Below are positions 19,367 to 29,816 of a stretch of DNA of 64,000 bases, in pieces (within the stretch, counting starts at the first letter, position 1; each line of letters starts with the position of its first letter). Origin of the DNA: Candidatus Bathyarchaeota archaeon (lineage in GTDB: Archaea > Thermoproteota > Bathyarchaeia > 40CM-2-53-6). The notes beneath the pieces were generated by a model that was not told where the DNA came from, did no database searches, and worked only from the letters and a program-made list of their open reading frames with translations. The DNA is taken from positions 32,001-96,000 of the forward strand of contig CAVPLU010000009.1 of assembly GCA_963706285.1 (NCBI GenBank), given 5' to 3'. The translations under genes were made by a program, and so were the position numbers.

Positions 19367-20428
19367 ATGTTTGAAGTGGAACTTGTCGATGTCGTGAAGC
19401 GATTCGGTGCAGTAACGGCGGTCGATCATGTTTCACTCGGTGTAAGGAAGAACGAGTTCTATTCGTTCTTGGGTCCCAGTGGATGCGGCAAAACAACAAC
19501 TCTAAGAATTATTGCAGGGCTCGAAGAGCCTGACGAAGGAATAGTAAGACTTGGAGAGACTGTGGCCAATGATATTCCACCATACAAGCGGAACGTCGGA
19601 ATTGTGTTTCAACATCTCGCGCTCTTCCCTCACATGAGTGTCTATGACAACATAGCGTTCGGGCTGAAGATGGCAGGGATGGAGAAGGATGCTATACGGA
19701 AAAAAGTGGAAGAATCTCTAGAGCTGGTCGGTCTTCCAGGCTATGGAGATAGAAGAATCAATCAACTTAGCGGCGGTCAACAGCAACGGGTCGGCATCGC
19801 ACGAGCGATGGTTAGGGAACCGGGGGTGCTTCTTCTGGACGAACCGCTAGGCCCACTTGATCTGAAGATCAGGCAACACATGCAGCTTGAACTAAAAAGA
19901 ATTCAGAAACAAGTTGGCACGACATTCATCTATGTCACACATGACCAAGGCGAAGCACTGACGATGTCAGACAATATTGCTGTCATCAACAACGGACGAG
20001 TCGAACAGATCGGCAGTCCGCGAGAGATCTATGACAGGCCAAAAACGCAGTTTGTAGCAAATTTCATCGGAGAGACAAATTTCCTAGAAGGAACCAGTGA
20101 AACTCGCGGGTCATTCACCTGTAAGAGACTACCTCACCCGATAATGGTCGAGGACGGGAATGAGCATATCGGAGAAGGCGTTTTGTCAATAAGGCCTGAA
20201 AGGGTGAATATCGCTCCCGACCTCAAAGGGCTAGACAACATCTTTGATGCAATTGTGGAAGATACCGTGTATCAAGGATCACATGTAGTCGTGTCAGTCA
20301 AAGTTGGTGAAGATCTCATGATGAAAATCCGAACCAACCCAGCCGTCCCCCTGAAGAAACATGAGAAGACGCACATAGGCTGGAACAAGACAGACGCAAC
20401 GGTGATCAAGCTCGAAGGAAGTCAATGA
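19367..20428 (+). CDS. potA: Polyamine ABC transporter ATPase
   Basis: GPSGCGKTT, LSGGQQQR, LLLDEP and TOBE-like C-terminus. Confidence 0.93.
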   Translation: MFEVELVDVVKRFGAVTAVDHVSLGVRKNEFYSFLGPSGCGKTTTLRIIAGLEEPDEGIVRLGETVANDIPPYKRNVGIVFQHLALFPHMSVYDNIAFGLKMAGMEKDAIRKKVEESLELVGLPGYGDRRINQLSGGQQQRVGIARAMVREPGVLLLDEPLGPLDLKIRQHMQLELKRIQKQVGTTFIYVTHDQGEALTMSDNIAVINNGRVEQIGSPREIYDRPKTQFVANFIGETNFLEGTSETRGSFTCKRLPHPIMVEDGNEHIGEGVLSIRPERVNIAPDLKGLDNIFDAIVEDTVYQGSHVVVSVKVGEDLMMKIRTNPAVPLKKHEKTHIGWNKTDATVIKLEGSQ

Positions 20429-21302
20429 CGTAACTCAAACCTCCCGCGGCAAGAAGGCTCACGGAGCGACCGCTGGTCTCCTTGTATCGCCAACCGTTGC
20501 GTATCTTGTAGTCTTCTTCTTCGCACCGTTCGCGATCGTTCTTCTGTATTCATTTGGAATGATTGACATTCACAGACAATTGCACTTTGTCGTGAATCTC
20601 AGTTACTATCTCGATTTCTTCAATTCGGTAGCGCCAATTGTGTTCGGCCGGTCGCTGCTGATGGCGCTTGCAACAACGGCTGCGTGTCTCGTACTCGGAT
20701 ATCCGATGTCGTACTATATTGCGGTGAAGAGTGGTCGTCGGAGGGAGACCTTGATGCTGCTAGTGATAATTCCGTTCTGGGTGAGTTTTCTTCTCCGAAC
20801 CTATGCGCTCATGACGATTCTGGATGTAAACGGAATTGTCAACGTGGCACTACTCAGTATGGGCCTGATCTCTCAACCTCTAAATTTGATGTACAACAGT
20901 CAGACCGTTCTTCTAGGAATGGTCTACAACTATCTTCCGTTCATGATTCTGCCGTTGTACGCATCGATGGAGAAATTGGACAGATCGCTCTTGGAGGCTG
21001 CGGGAAGCCTAGGTGCAGGTCCGGTGCGATCTTTTCTTAATGTGACCCTGCCGCTGACGAGGTCTGGTATAGGTGCTGGGTCAATTCTCGTCTTCGTCCC
21101 AGCCGTAGGGGAGTTCATCATACCTCAGCTCTTGGGAGGAACGGAATCGTTCATGATAGGCAACCTGATCTGGACGCTTTTCCTAAAGGCACGTAACCTC
21201 TGGTTCGGATCAGCCGTCTCGGTAATTCTGATAGCGCTAGTTGTCCTGATGGTAGCGCTGTACATGAAATACATCACAAAGGGCGAGGAGATGGCGATAT
21301 GA
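20425..21302 (+). CDS. potB: Polyamine ABC transporter permease (indel right after the start codon)
   Basis: PFWVSFLLRTYA and LLEAAGSLGA; the frame is open upstream of 20559 and an ATG overlaps the potA stop. Confidence 0.88.
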
Positions 21303-22072
21303 AGAATACCTGGGACAGGATCCTCAAAGGATACTCTTTCATCATTTACGCCTTTCTTTACGCTCCCATATTGATAATGGTGGTCTTTTCCTTTAACGAC
21401 TCCAAGCTGCTGGCTGTCTGGCGTGGGTTCTCCCTGAGATGGTACGAGGAACTGTTTGTTGACCCGACAGTCTGGAATGCATTCTACAACAGCATCTGGG
21501 TAGCTTCGCTTACAACAGTCATCTCGATGGTGCTCGGTACAATGACCGCCTTCGTCTTGATCCGATATGGTTTTCGCGGAAAGTCAATACTCGATAGCGC
21601 TCTCTATTTTCCAGTAGTCATACCAGAGATCACAGAAGCGTTGTCGCTTCTACTGTTCTACGTATTCACAGGGATACCTCTCGGCGCAATGACAGTGGTC
21701 ATTGGGCATATCGCATTCTCGATCTCATACGCTACGATAGTAATCAGAGCCAGGCTGGTCGGATTTGACCGGTCAGTTGAGGAGGCAGCAAAATCGCTTG
21801 GCGCGAATGAGTTCCGAACTTTCATTCACGTGACTTTCCCGCTCATACTGCCAGGAGTCATAGCAGGTGGATTGCTTGCATTCACGGTATCGTATGATGA
21901 TTTCGTTAAGACCGCCTTCACGGCTGGGCCTGGGTTCCAGTCACTCCCATTAAGGATCTACGCCATGGCGAGCAGGGGCGGTGTGTCCCCTCTGCTTAAT
22001 GCTCTGGCGACAGTAACACTGATTGTATCACTGGGTCTTGCTTTGGTCAGACTCCGTGTGTCAAAGGCTTGA
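21299..22072 (+). CDS. potC: Polyamine ABC transporter permease
   Basis: FLYAPI..MVVFSFN, GFSLRWY and EEAAKSLGA. Confidence 0.92.
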   Translation: MKNTWDRILKGYSFIIYAFLYAPILIMVVFSFNDSKLLAVWRGFSLRWYEELFVDPTVWNAFYNSIWVASLTTVISMVLGTMTAFVLIRYGFRGKSILDSALYFPVVIPEITEALSLLLFYVFTGIPLGAMTVVIGHIAFSISYATIVIRARLVGFDRSVEEAAKSLGANEFRTFIHVTFPLILPGVIAGGLLAFTVSYDDFVKTAFTAGPGFQSLPLRIYAMASRGGVSPLLNALATVTLIVSLGLALVRLRVSKA

Positions 22073-22084
22073 CTGTCGGCAGTA

Positions 22085-22801
22085 TCATTCTTCAGCGAAA
22101 TCTGAAGGGAACCAGGGAACTATTCTAATCGAGGGGTCCTTTAGGTTGTTCAATATCGCCGCGTTTATGAGAAGTGGTGTGATCGATTCCACCATCTTCG
22201 AGGTCGACAGAGGCCCAACTCGGAGAGCTCGCAAGTTCGGAATGTCATGAGTCATCTTTGTGACCGTCTGCAGTGCATGTTCGTCCTGACCGCTAACGAG
22301 GACATCGACGTTCAGCACGGAGTCAAGATCGCCTAGATAGGAAGCGGGAACTGTTTGGAACGCTGACACGACCGGGATGCTGCCCACTTCGTCTGCCACA
22401 AATTCAGCAGCTGACTTCTCATAAGCATCTTTTCCGCCGACAACTACAGCGGAGTATGTGAAGAGCTTTCCCTCTCTAGCCATCGGGACGATCACTGAAA
22501 CAACTACGTGCTGAGCGGTCAGTTTGTCCTTGATCTGCCTCACGGTCTCGATCGCGTGCTTAGGCGGAAGCGTGAGAACGACAACTTCAACGAGAGGCGG
22601 AATATCAGTGTTCACGACTCCTTTGATGCTGCCTTTCATTCGGTTTCCGTAGAAGCCCCGGGCCACTGACTCGTACTCGCGTGACACTGCCTCGGCTTTC
22701 TCGATCCGTCTCGATCCAAGCCATACGTCGTGCATCAGAGCCCATCGTAACGCCAGACCTCTGCCCATGCTTCCGGTTCCGCCGACAATTCCAATCCGCA
22801 A
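22085..22801 (-). CDS. npdG: NADPH-dependent F420 reductase
   Basis: GGTGSMGRGLALRWA, GSR, VVSAFQTVPA and VESITPLLIN. Confidence 0.88.
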   Translation of the reverse strand: MRIGIVGGTGSMGRGLALRWALMHDVWLGSRRIEKAEAVSREYESVARGFYGNRMKGSIKGVVNTDIPPLVEVVVLTLPPKHAIETVRQIKDKLTAQHVVVSVIVPMAREGKLFTYSAVVVGGKDAYEKSAAEFVADEVGSIPVVSAFQTVPASYLGDLDSVLNVDVLVSGQDEHALQTVTKMTHDIPNLRALRVGPLSTSKMVESITPLLINAAILNNLKDPSIRIVPWFPSDFAEE

Positions 22802-22886
22802 AGCCAGTCGTCCAGACAGGAATGTGAGTGAAGGTATTCAATCTGTCTGAGAGGAAACAAGTCGCGAAGTGCATTACTGCGGGAGC

Positions 22887-23330
22887 TCAGTGACGCTGCT
22901 GATAGTATCTGTACGGGTGATAGAAGGGGGTGCGGCAATTCCTGCAGGCCGAATCATATGGGCTAACTGGTGCGCGGCATCGTGGACAAACCAGCTGCAC
23001 TGTTGGCATGACTCTCGGGTGCCGCCTCTTGACCACTACTACAGCAGCCACAATCACCGCCAGGGTCGCTCCAACTGCTATCACTATCAAAGGAACGAAC
23101 AAATCCCAATGCCAGGAAGATGACACATTTCCTGTAGAGGTTGTCTGGTTGGTCGTGCTGCTGGTTGTTGTATTGTTGCTCGCTGTGGTCATAGCAGCGG
23201 TTGCTTGAGGCATGTACATGATGGTGACCGTTCCGCTTTGCGTCGGGCGCGGGAATGGGAACAGCACTAGTAAAGTGAAGGTCAAGAGCAGGAAAGCGCT
23301 TGTTTTGGGACGTGTCATTCCGCCCGGCAT
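22887..23330 (-). CDS. Membrane protein with Thr-rich ectodomain and cytoplasmic zinc ribbon
   Basis: Signal peptide, T/S stretch, TM helix and CPRC...CRNC. Confidence 0.75.
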   Translation of the reverse strand: MPGGMTRPKTSAFLLLTFTLLVLFPFPRPTQSGTVTIMYMPQATAAMTTASNNTTTSSTTNQTTSTGNVSSSWHWDLFVPLIVIAVGATLAVIVAAVVVVKRRHPRVMPTVQLVCPRCRAPVSPYDSACRNCRTPFYHPYRYYQQRH

Positions 23331-23479
23331 TCGCGAGCAGTCCTTCTTAGTGCAGATACGGCATGGAAGCGGAAATAAGACACTTTCCCACCACGCCAGA
23401 GCCCTTCATGCACCCAACGAGGAACCGCACTGCATCGACCATGGCGATATCTGGGCTGACCATCCATTGCTCGTAGTGC

Positions 23480-24880
23480 TTAGGTTGTTCCCCGGGCGCT
23501 CCTGACTTTCTCTCGAGTCAAGGCATATGTCTTGGGTATGCTTCCGAATGAAGCTACAATTCCACGTTCTTCCAGTCCAATCAGTATCGAGAGTGCTCTT
23601 GGGTGGGGGATTCTGGACATGTGTGCGACGGTTTTGGAGTCAGTCTCTCCGAGTTCACATAACGCGCCGCAAACCCGGGCTTCTTCATTCGTCAATCCGA
23701 TGCCTGTGTTAGATTTCTCGATAAGGCTACATATTCGTTCTATGTCTTTCTCGAATGCGGTGACTGTGCCTTCCACTACTGCGTGCGGCTGCACAACCGC
23801 GAAAGGCCCAACTCTTGATTCTGCCGTCAAGTGAGAGCCCTCTCCCAATTCTGTTCCTGCTCCAACAACGGTATCCCGGTCGATTTGTACTCGGTCCCCA
23901 ACCCAGCAGTTTTCGGCTACGACACATGTGTCGAGGGCTGTGTTCCTTCCGATGTGCGTGTTTTCGTAGACTACTGAGAAAGCAATCTTCGTATTTTCCA
24001 AGATTTCGCTTCCATCCCCGACGCATGCGTAAGGTCCAACAACCGCGCCTTTCTGTATTCTCACGTTCTTTCCCAGATGAATCGGTCTTCTGATGGTGAC
24101 CGCTTCAGAGATCGCGTTATCTGACCATGCTTTTGCGTCATGCTCATTTCTTGTTGTCGTTGGTTCGAGATTGTCAAGCGTCCAGACGTTCGCTTTGAGA
24201 TAGCTTCGAGGGTCACCCACGTCGATCCAGAATCCGATGACAGGAAAGCCTGCCAGAACCTCTCTGGATTTCAGCATATGAGGAAACATATCTCTTGAGA
24301 AGTCGAATGGCTTTCCTTCAGGTATCAGTTTGAGCGCTTCAGGTTCAAGTACATAGATGCCGGTATTGATCAAGTTACTGAAGCATTCCGATGGACTGGG
24401 TTTTTCTAGGAAGCGAGTAACTCGGCCATCAGAGAGTTCCACTATACCATACTCAGACGGGTTCTCGACTCTGGTAAGTGCTATTGTTGCAATTGCCCCA
24501 AGCTTTCTATGGTGATTCATTATGTCGCCGAAACCAAATTCAAACTGATTATCGCCTTGAATCACCACAAATGTATCATCTATGAACGACTCCGAATTCT
24601 TCACGGACCCAGCGGTTCCGAGCGGGCTCTTTTCTTCCACATGACGGATCCGTATTCCATATTCTGATCCGTCACCCACCGTCTTGTGCAGTTGATTTGC
24701 GAAGTAGTTTGTCGTTACAACGATCTCGTCTATCCCTTCACGAGTCAGTTTCTGGATGAGGTGGACTATTGCTGGCTTTCCAGCCAGTGGTAGGAGAGGT
24801 TTCGGTTTCGTATAGGTCAGCGGTCTGAGACGCGTTCCCTTTCCTCCTGCCAGAACCACTGCCCTCAAAGTGAAACACAC
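23480..24880 (-). CDS. NDP-sugar pyrophosphorylase (mannose-1-P guanylyltransferase-like) with LbH repeats and a C-terminal TrmB-like wHTH
   Basis: LAGGKGTRLRPLT, PLGTAG, WIDVG, hexapeptide repeats and GLTNEEARV..AL tail. Confidence 0.88.
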   Translation of the reverse strand: MCFTLRAVVLAGGKGTRLRPLTYTKPKPLLPLAGKPAIVHLIQKLTREGIDEIVVTTNYFANQLHKTVGDGSEYGIRIRHVEEKSPLGTAGSVKNSESFIDDTFVVIQGDNQFEFGFGDIMNHHRKLGAIATIALTRVENPSEYGIVELSDGRVTRFLEKPSPSECFSNLINTGIYVLEPEALKLIPEGKPFDFSRDMFPHMLKSREVLAGFPVIGFWIDVGDPRSYLKANVWTLDNLEPTTTRNEHDAKAWSDNAISEAVTIRRPIHLGKNVRIQKGAVVGPYACVGDGSEILENTKIAFSVVYENTHIGRNTALDTCVVAENCWVGDRVQIDRDTVVGAGTELGEGSHLTAESRVGPFAVVQPHAVVEGTVTAFEKDIERICSLIEKSNTGIGLTNEEARVCGALCELGETDSKTVAHMSRIPHPRALSILIGLEERGIVASFGSIPKTYALTREKVRSARGTT

Positions 24881-25063
24881 TGGCCTTGACCAGTCACACT
24901 GTATTCCTCTTCCTTAAGAGAATTAGACTCAACGTGCGTTGTGATACTGATTAAGGGAGCAGCTTGCTTCAACTGTGGGTCACGAATATGAGCGGGTTCG
25001 AATTGACGAGAATGACTTAAAGCCGAATTGCGACGAAACGGATCTTAGCTGGTATGACTGGGC

Positions 25064-25819
25064 TTGAGCGATATAGTGAGGGAAATCAGTTGTGCTCACT
25101 GCGGTGGTCCTCTTTCCATCAAGCCCGGTGAAATCGTTGTTACTTGCAAATACTGTGGATTCACCGGTGAGATAGAGACAGGGAAGCCTTTCGAATTCGA
25201 GCATTCACTGATCGTCAATGAGTACGCAGATGTTCAGGTAACAGAATCTGTGAAACGTTGGATTCGTGGCAGCTTTTCTGCTCCGCGGGATCTTGCCTCA
25301 AAAGCAGCTGTCGTTGGTACCGAGCTTTTCTATCTCCCATTCTGGGTGGTTGTCACTGAGGCGAGCAGTCACTGTAAGGGGATCTTCGAGAGAATGAGCC
25401 CGCCTGTGACAAAGGAATGGGATACTGCGAACAACTATACCTGGTTGGTCCTGGCCAGGCGTGGATCAGACTTTCCCACTAGGTCGTACGAGATGCCTCT
25501 TGAGGGAAAGATACCATACGACTTCATGAAGATCGATGCGAACGCAAAGGTGCTCAACGCAGAGTTGGACGCAACCGAGGCAACTGAAATAGCTAAGAAG
25601 GAAATTCGCAATCTACACGAGTTTCTGGCAAAAGACACGGTGGACAGAATTATTGAGATGAACACAGAGTTCAATCTCAAGAGCACGCTGTACCTTCACA
25701 GCCCGATCTGGTTTGTCAACTACGAGTACAAAAGACAAAGGTACAGGATTCTCATAGACGGGGCGACTGGCGAAGTGATAAAGGGCGACCTGCCTCCTCC
25801 GGAATTCAAGTTGCTCTAG
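25064..25819 (+). CDS. Zinc-ribbon protein, YdjG-like
   Basis: CAHCGG..CKYCG, YLPFW and PIWFVNYEY..IDGATGEV. Confidence 0.75.
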   Translation: MSDIVREISCAHCGGPLSIKPGEIVVTCKYCGFTGEIETGKPFEFEHSLIVNEYADVQVTESVKRWIRGSFSAPRDLASKAAVVGTELFYLPFWVVVTEASSHCKGIFERMSPPVTKEWDTANNYTWLVLARRGSDFPTRSYEMPLEGKIPYDFMKIDANAKVLNAELDATEATEIAKKEIRNLHEFLAKDTVDRIIEMNTEFNLKSTLYLHSPIWFVNYEYKRQRYRILIDGATGEVIKGDLPPPEFKLL

Positions 25820-25882
25820 TATTCTTTTGATTTCAAACGGCTTAATAGCGAAATGTCATCTAGTAACTGACCAAGGTGTGAG

Positions 25883-26428
25883 TTGGTAGAGTTGAGCAAG
25901 AAAACGCCCCTGCAAAGAGTTCAGGGAGACGAACAACTCCTTGAGAAGATCATGCTCGCTATCCCGGGGTTTAAGGGCTACAAGGCAAAGGAACAGCGAA
26001 GAGAAGCGGACAAGCTCATTCGCAACTTTCTTTACTCCAAACTTCAGGAAGCAAGAAATGGCCTTCAAGATATCTATCAAGCCGCCACAGAAGGCAAAGC
26101 ACCTCAGGATCTTCGTCCAATCGACCGGTTGACAGCGATCTTCGACAGAGTCTCCTCGAAAGTGAATCACGCCTCATATGGGTATGCGGGGTTTTTCGAT
26201 GCGGTCAAGATAGATGAGGACGACCTTGACAGGATGATTGATTTTGACAAACAGCTTGTGGATGGAGCAAAGGCACTCGCTCAGAAAGTGCAAGACATGA
26301 AGAATGAAGTGCAGTCCAGCAAGTTCGATAGCCTTCAGTCCTTTGAAGAAGAGACACGAAAGGCGGTCGAAGGATTCGAGAACGCGTTTGATAAGAGGAA
26401 AGATACGATCGAGGACGTGGAGGACTAA
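25883..26428 (+). CDS. Conserved helical hypothetical protein
   Basis: IPGFKGY..KE.RREADKLIR and GYAGFFDAVKI motifs. Confidence 0.8.
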   Translation: MVELSKKTPLQRVQGDEQLLEKIMLAIPGFKGYKAKEQRREADKLIRNFLYSKLQEARNGLQDIYQAATEGKAPQDLRPIDRLTAIFDRVSSKVNHASYGYAGFFDAVKIDEDDLDRMIDFDKQLVDGAKALAQKVQDMKNEVQSSKFDSLQSFEEETRKAVEGFENAFDKRKDTIEDVED

Positions 26429-26430
26429 AC

Positions 26431-27414
26431 ATGCCGCAAATTGTTGAGTGGACGAACGCAGGTTCCGAGGACATTGTTTGGAGATACCCAGCTGAAGACA
26501 TCCAGTGGGGCGCCCAACTCGTAGTGCATGAGTACGAGACAGCAGTCTTCTTCCGCGACGGGAAGAGCTACGACAGTTTCGGACCAGGAAGACATATGCT
26601 AACCACACTAAACCTTCCGAAGCTGACCGCGGCGTTATCCCGCTTGGCAGGTTTCACCGAGACCCCCTTCAAGGCGACAGTTATCTTCATTTCAACGAAG
26701 CAGTTCGCAGGCAAATTCGGCAACAAGGCGCAGACAACCGAGTTGGCGCCGTTAATGACATTCGGATCCTACTGGTTGAAGGTGGAGACCCCCCAACTTT
26801 TCGTCAACGAGGTCGTCGGGGGACAGAACGCCTATACAACTCCTAGCGTGAATGATTTTCTGAGAGGTTTCATTAACGAGAAGATGATCGACGAGCTCTC
26901 GAAGTACGACCTAGTGACAGTCTTTACAAAACTGGACGAGACATCCGGTCAAGTAAAAGCCACACTCATCGAATATTTCCGCAGAATCGGCCTACAACTC
27001 ATCGATCTCAAGTTTGAGGGAATCGACACAACCCCTGAATACCGAGACAGACTGTTCTGGCTTAAGCAAGGCGGAATGACACCTGAAGGAGTGCTCAGGA
27101 TGGAGACCGTCAAGGAAGCCGCAAAAGAACTCGGCAAGTCCTCGGGCAGCGCGGCTTTTGGCACCGGAATGGTTCTCATCCCTCCGCTCTTTCAGACATC
27201 AACAACCCCTGGAGCGCCTACGATGGTCTTGGTAGTGTGCCCAAGCTGTAATGCTCAGATACCCTCCACATCGAAATTCTGCCCGAATTGTGGCAAGAGC
27301 ATATCTGCGATGCCACAACAGCCAAGCCAAGCGCCTTTGCAGAAATGTCCCAAGTGCAGCGAGATACTGCCGACCGGCGCGAAGTTCTGTCACAACTGTG
27401 GAGCCCAAATCTGA
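26431..27414 (+). CDS. SPFH/Band-7 (YdjI-like) protein with double zinc ribbon
   Basis: IVWRYP..I.WGAQLVVHEYETAVFFRDG; C-terminal CPSC/CPNC and CPKC/CHNC. Confidence 0.88.
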   Translation: MPQIVEWTNAGSEDIVWRYPAEDIQWGAQLVVHEYETAVFFRDGKSYDSFGPGRHMLTTLNLPKLTAALSRLAGFTETPFKATVIFISTKQFAGKFGNKAQTTELAPLMTFGSYWLKVETPQLFVNEVVGGQNAYTTPSVNDFLRGFINEKMIDELSKYDLVTVFTKLDETSGQVKATLIEYFRRIGLQLIDLKFEGIDTTPEYRDRLFWLKQGGMTPEGVLRMETVKEAAKELGKSSGSAAFGTGMVLIPPLFQTSTTPGAPTMVLVVCPSCNAQIPSTSKFCPNCGKSISAMPQQPSQAPLQKCPKCSEILPTGAKFCHNCGAQI

Positions 27415-27635
27415 TCCAAAGATCATCTAGCACCGACACGAAAGCTAGTCTTCGTAGCTAGACCTCCATCTCGATTCATCTCAGCGTAGTCTATCAACGG
27501 CCGTCTCACACTTGCCTGAATAGTGGTAGAGCCACACTAACGGCTCCACAGGATGCATGGCCGTCGCTCGAACGTCGTGAGAAGTGACATAAACAACGTT
27601 CAAGATTTGTCTGCCAAGGCTTGAACGGATCAGAT

Positions 27636-29051
27636 ATGAAGATTCTATTCGTTGAACCGCCGAAACACTTCTGGTTTGTAATGGGAGAGTATCTACCTCC
27701 TCCCCTCGGAATACTGGAACTTGCTGCGTACGTAGAGAGGGAGATGCCTGATGTGGAAATCGAGGTGCTTGACTGTCAAGCAAGTCGCCTTGATTGGAAC
27801 ACTCTCGAGCGAGCTATCGAATCTTCCGGCCCTGACATCGTTGCCTCAAGCAGTCTCGCCACATGCAACGCCTATACGACCGTTCGCACTTTGGCTACTG
27901 CAAAGAAGGTCAATCCCTCAATCCTAACAATAGCTGGGGGCCAACATTTCACAGCGACGGCAGACGAGTCGCTACGAACGTACCCTGAGATTGACACAAT
28001 CATCCGAGGTGAAGGCGAGCTAACGCTTGTCGACCTAGCCAACGCCGCTAAGAACTCCAGACCATTCTCTGACATCAGGGGCATATCCTTCCAGAGAAAC
28101 GGTAAAATTTTCCACAACTCCGATCGACCGCTGGTTCCGAACCTTGATGAGCTCCCGATGCCAGCATACCACCTTGTCAAGGATCACATTCGCAAGTATC
28201 ACTTCAAAATGATGACTGGACCGAATACAATCTATGCACTCGTCGAAGGATCAAGAGGCTGCCCTCACCGTTGCACATTCTGCTCACAATGGAAACATTG
28301 GCGAGGCACCTATCGATCCAAGTCACCGAAACGAATTGCGGACGAGTTCGAGTTTCTTAGGGACTACGGGGCTGAGTTTCTCTGGCTAACAGACGACAAC
28401 TTCCAGATAGGTCAGTCCGGAGGACAACTCTGCGATGAGATAATCAGCCGCGGGATCGCTGAAGACATCATGTGGTTCGTCCAGGCACGCTGCGATGAAA
28501 TAACTCGTCACAGAGACCTACTTCCAAGGATGCGTTCTGCGGGAAATATGTGGATTCTAACAGGCGCTGAAAGCGGCAGCGAGGAAACACTTCAGAGCGT
28601 AAAGAAAGGCATCAATCCTAGTCAGATAATCGACGCGGTTCGTTTGATGAAGAAAAACGGGATCTTTGCGCAGACAACTTTTGTCATAGGACACCGTGAC
28701 GACACCCACGAGACGCTTTCTGATCTCAGGCAATTCGTGAATGATATTGATCCGGACATTGCGATCTTTATGATTCTAACACCGTTTCCCGGGACTGACG
28801 TATGCGAAGAGGCCCAAAGGAACGGGTGGATAGAGGATTCGAATTGGGCGAACTACGACATGATTCACCCGATCATGCCCACTAAGACGTTAAGTAGAGA
28901 TGAACTCCAAGAGGAGCTTGTCAGATGTTACCAAGCCTTCTACGGTTCATGGACGAGGCGATTCCACGGGATCTTCTCATCTAACAAGTTGAAGCGAATG
29001 ACATACCGACACATGGCAAGCCAATCCGTCCTTGCTCAACTTAAGCCGTAG
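27636..29051 (+). CDS. Cobalamin-binding radical SAM protein
   Basis: PPLGILELAA, GGQHFT, GEGE, SRGCPHRCTFC and LTPFPGT. Confidence 0.92.
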   Translation: MKILFVEPPKHFWFVMGEYLPPPLGILELAAYVEREMPDVEIEVLDCQASRLDWNTLERAIESSGPDIVASSSLATCNAYTTVRTLATAKKVNPSILTIAGGQHFTATADESLRTYPEIDTIIRGEGELTLVDLANAAKNSRPFSDIRGISFQRNGKIFHNSDRPLVPNLDELPMPAYHLVKDHIRKYHFKMMTGPNTIYALVEGSRGCPHRCTFCSQWKHWRGTYRSKSPKRIADEFEFLRDYGAEFLWLTDDNFQIGQSGGQLCDEIISRGIAEDIMWFVQARCDEITRHRDLLPRMRSAGNMWILTGAESGSEETLQSVKKGINPSQIIDAVRLMKKNGIFAQTTFVIGHRDDTHETLSDLRQFVNDIDPDIAIFMILTPFPGTDVCEEAQRNGWIEDSNWANYDMIHPIMPTKTLSRDELQEELVRCYQAFYGSWTRRFHGIFSSNKLKRMTYRHMASQSVLAQLKP

Positions 29052-29072
29052 CGTATCTGTCGGGGTCACAAG

Positions 29073-29765
29073 ATGCGAGACCGAGAAACGCACGATATCT
29101 ATGCCTTGTTCATTCTAGTGGCCTCAGTCTTCGGCTTGGCAGTCTCCGCTACCTTCCTAGGAAAGCCCATTCTATTTGTCGCAGCATCCAATGAAAGAAG
29201 AGTCATGATCGCGTTCGCCTATGACCTCGTTTGCATTGTAGGCATGCTGGCAGTGCTTTTTCCCGTAGCGTGCTCACAGATCTTGGGCATACGGGCTTTG
29301 CCCACCGAAGCTTCGCAAGAGCGCGGAATCCGAGCGACCAGATTCATGAGCGTCCAAATTCTGCATGGTCATCATCCTCTTGAAAGCGCAAAGAGGCATG
29401 AACTGGTCATAATGGGAAGAAGTTACTGTGCAACTTGCTACGGGTTGCTCGCGGGTGCGGTTCTTTCACTCGTAACCGTAACGGTTTTCGGCCTTTCCGG
29501 TTGGTCGGTTTGGGCCGATCTTCGGCCGGCATATTTCATGTACTTACTCAGTGTTTCGGGAGTGATTGTGGGTCTGTCGCAGGTTCTGATGCCAAGCATC
29601 AGCGCTAGAGCAAGATTTGCTCTTTCATTCCTATTCGTCATCGGAACGGGTTTGATGCTTCTCGCCACTGAGCTTTTGACCGCGAACCTAGGCGCTGATT
29701 TGTTTGTAATTCTGCTCGCCGTGTTCTGGTTGCTTTCGCGCATCTCCCTGTCTCATCGAAGCTAG
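29073..29765 (+). CDS. Multi-TM membrane protein with His/Cys motif
   Basis: GHHP...H...CATCYG between TM helices. Confidence 0.7.
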   Translation: MRDRETHDIYALFILVASVFGLAVSATFLGKPILFVAASNERRVMIAFAYDLVCIVGMLAVLFPVACSQILGIRALPTEASQERGIRATRFMSVQILHGHHPLESAKRHELVIMGRSYCATCYGLLAGAVLSLVTVTVFGLSGWSVWADLRPAYFMYLLSVSGVIVGLSQVLMPSISARARFALSFLFVIGTGLMLLATELLTANLGADLFVILLAVFWLLSRISLSHRS

Positions 29766-29816
29766 ACTAGCGTGGCAATCGCGCGTTCTCTGGAGTGGTT
29801 GAGCGTGAGCTACCAG

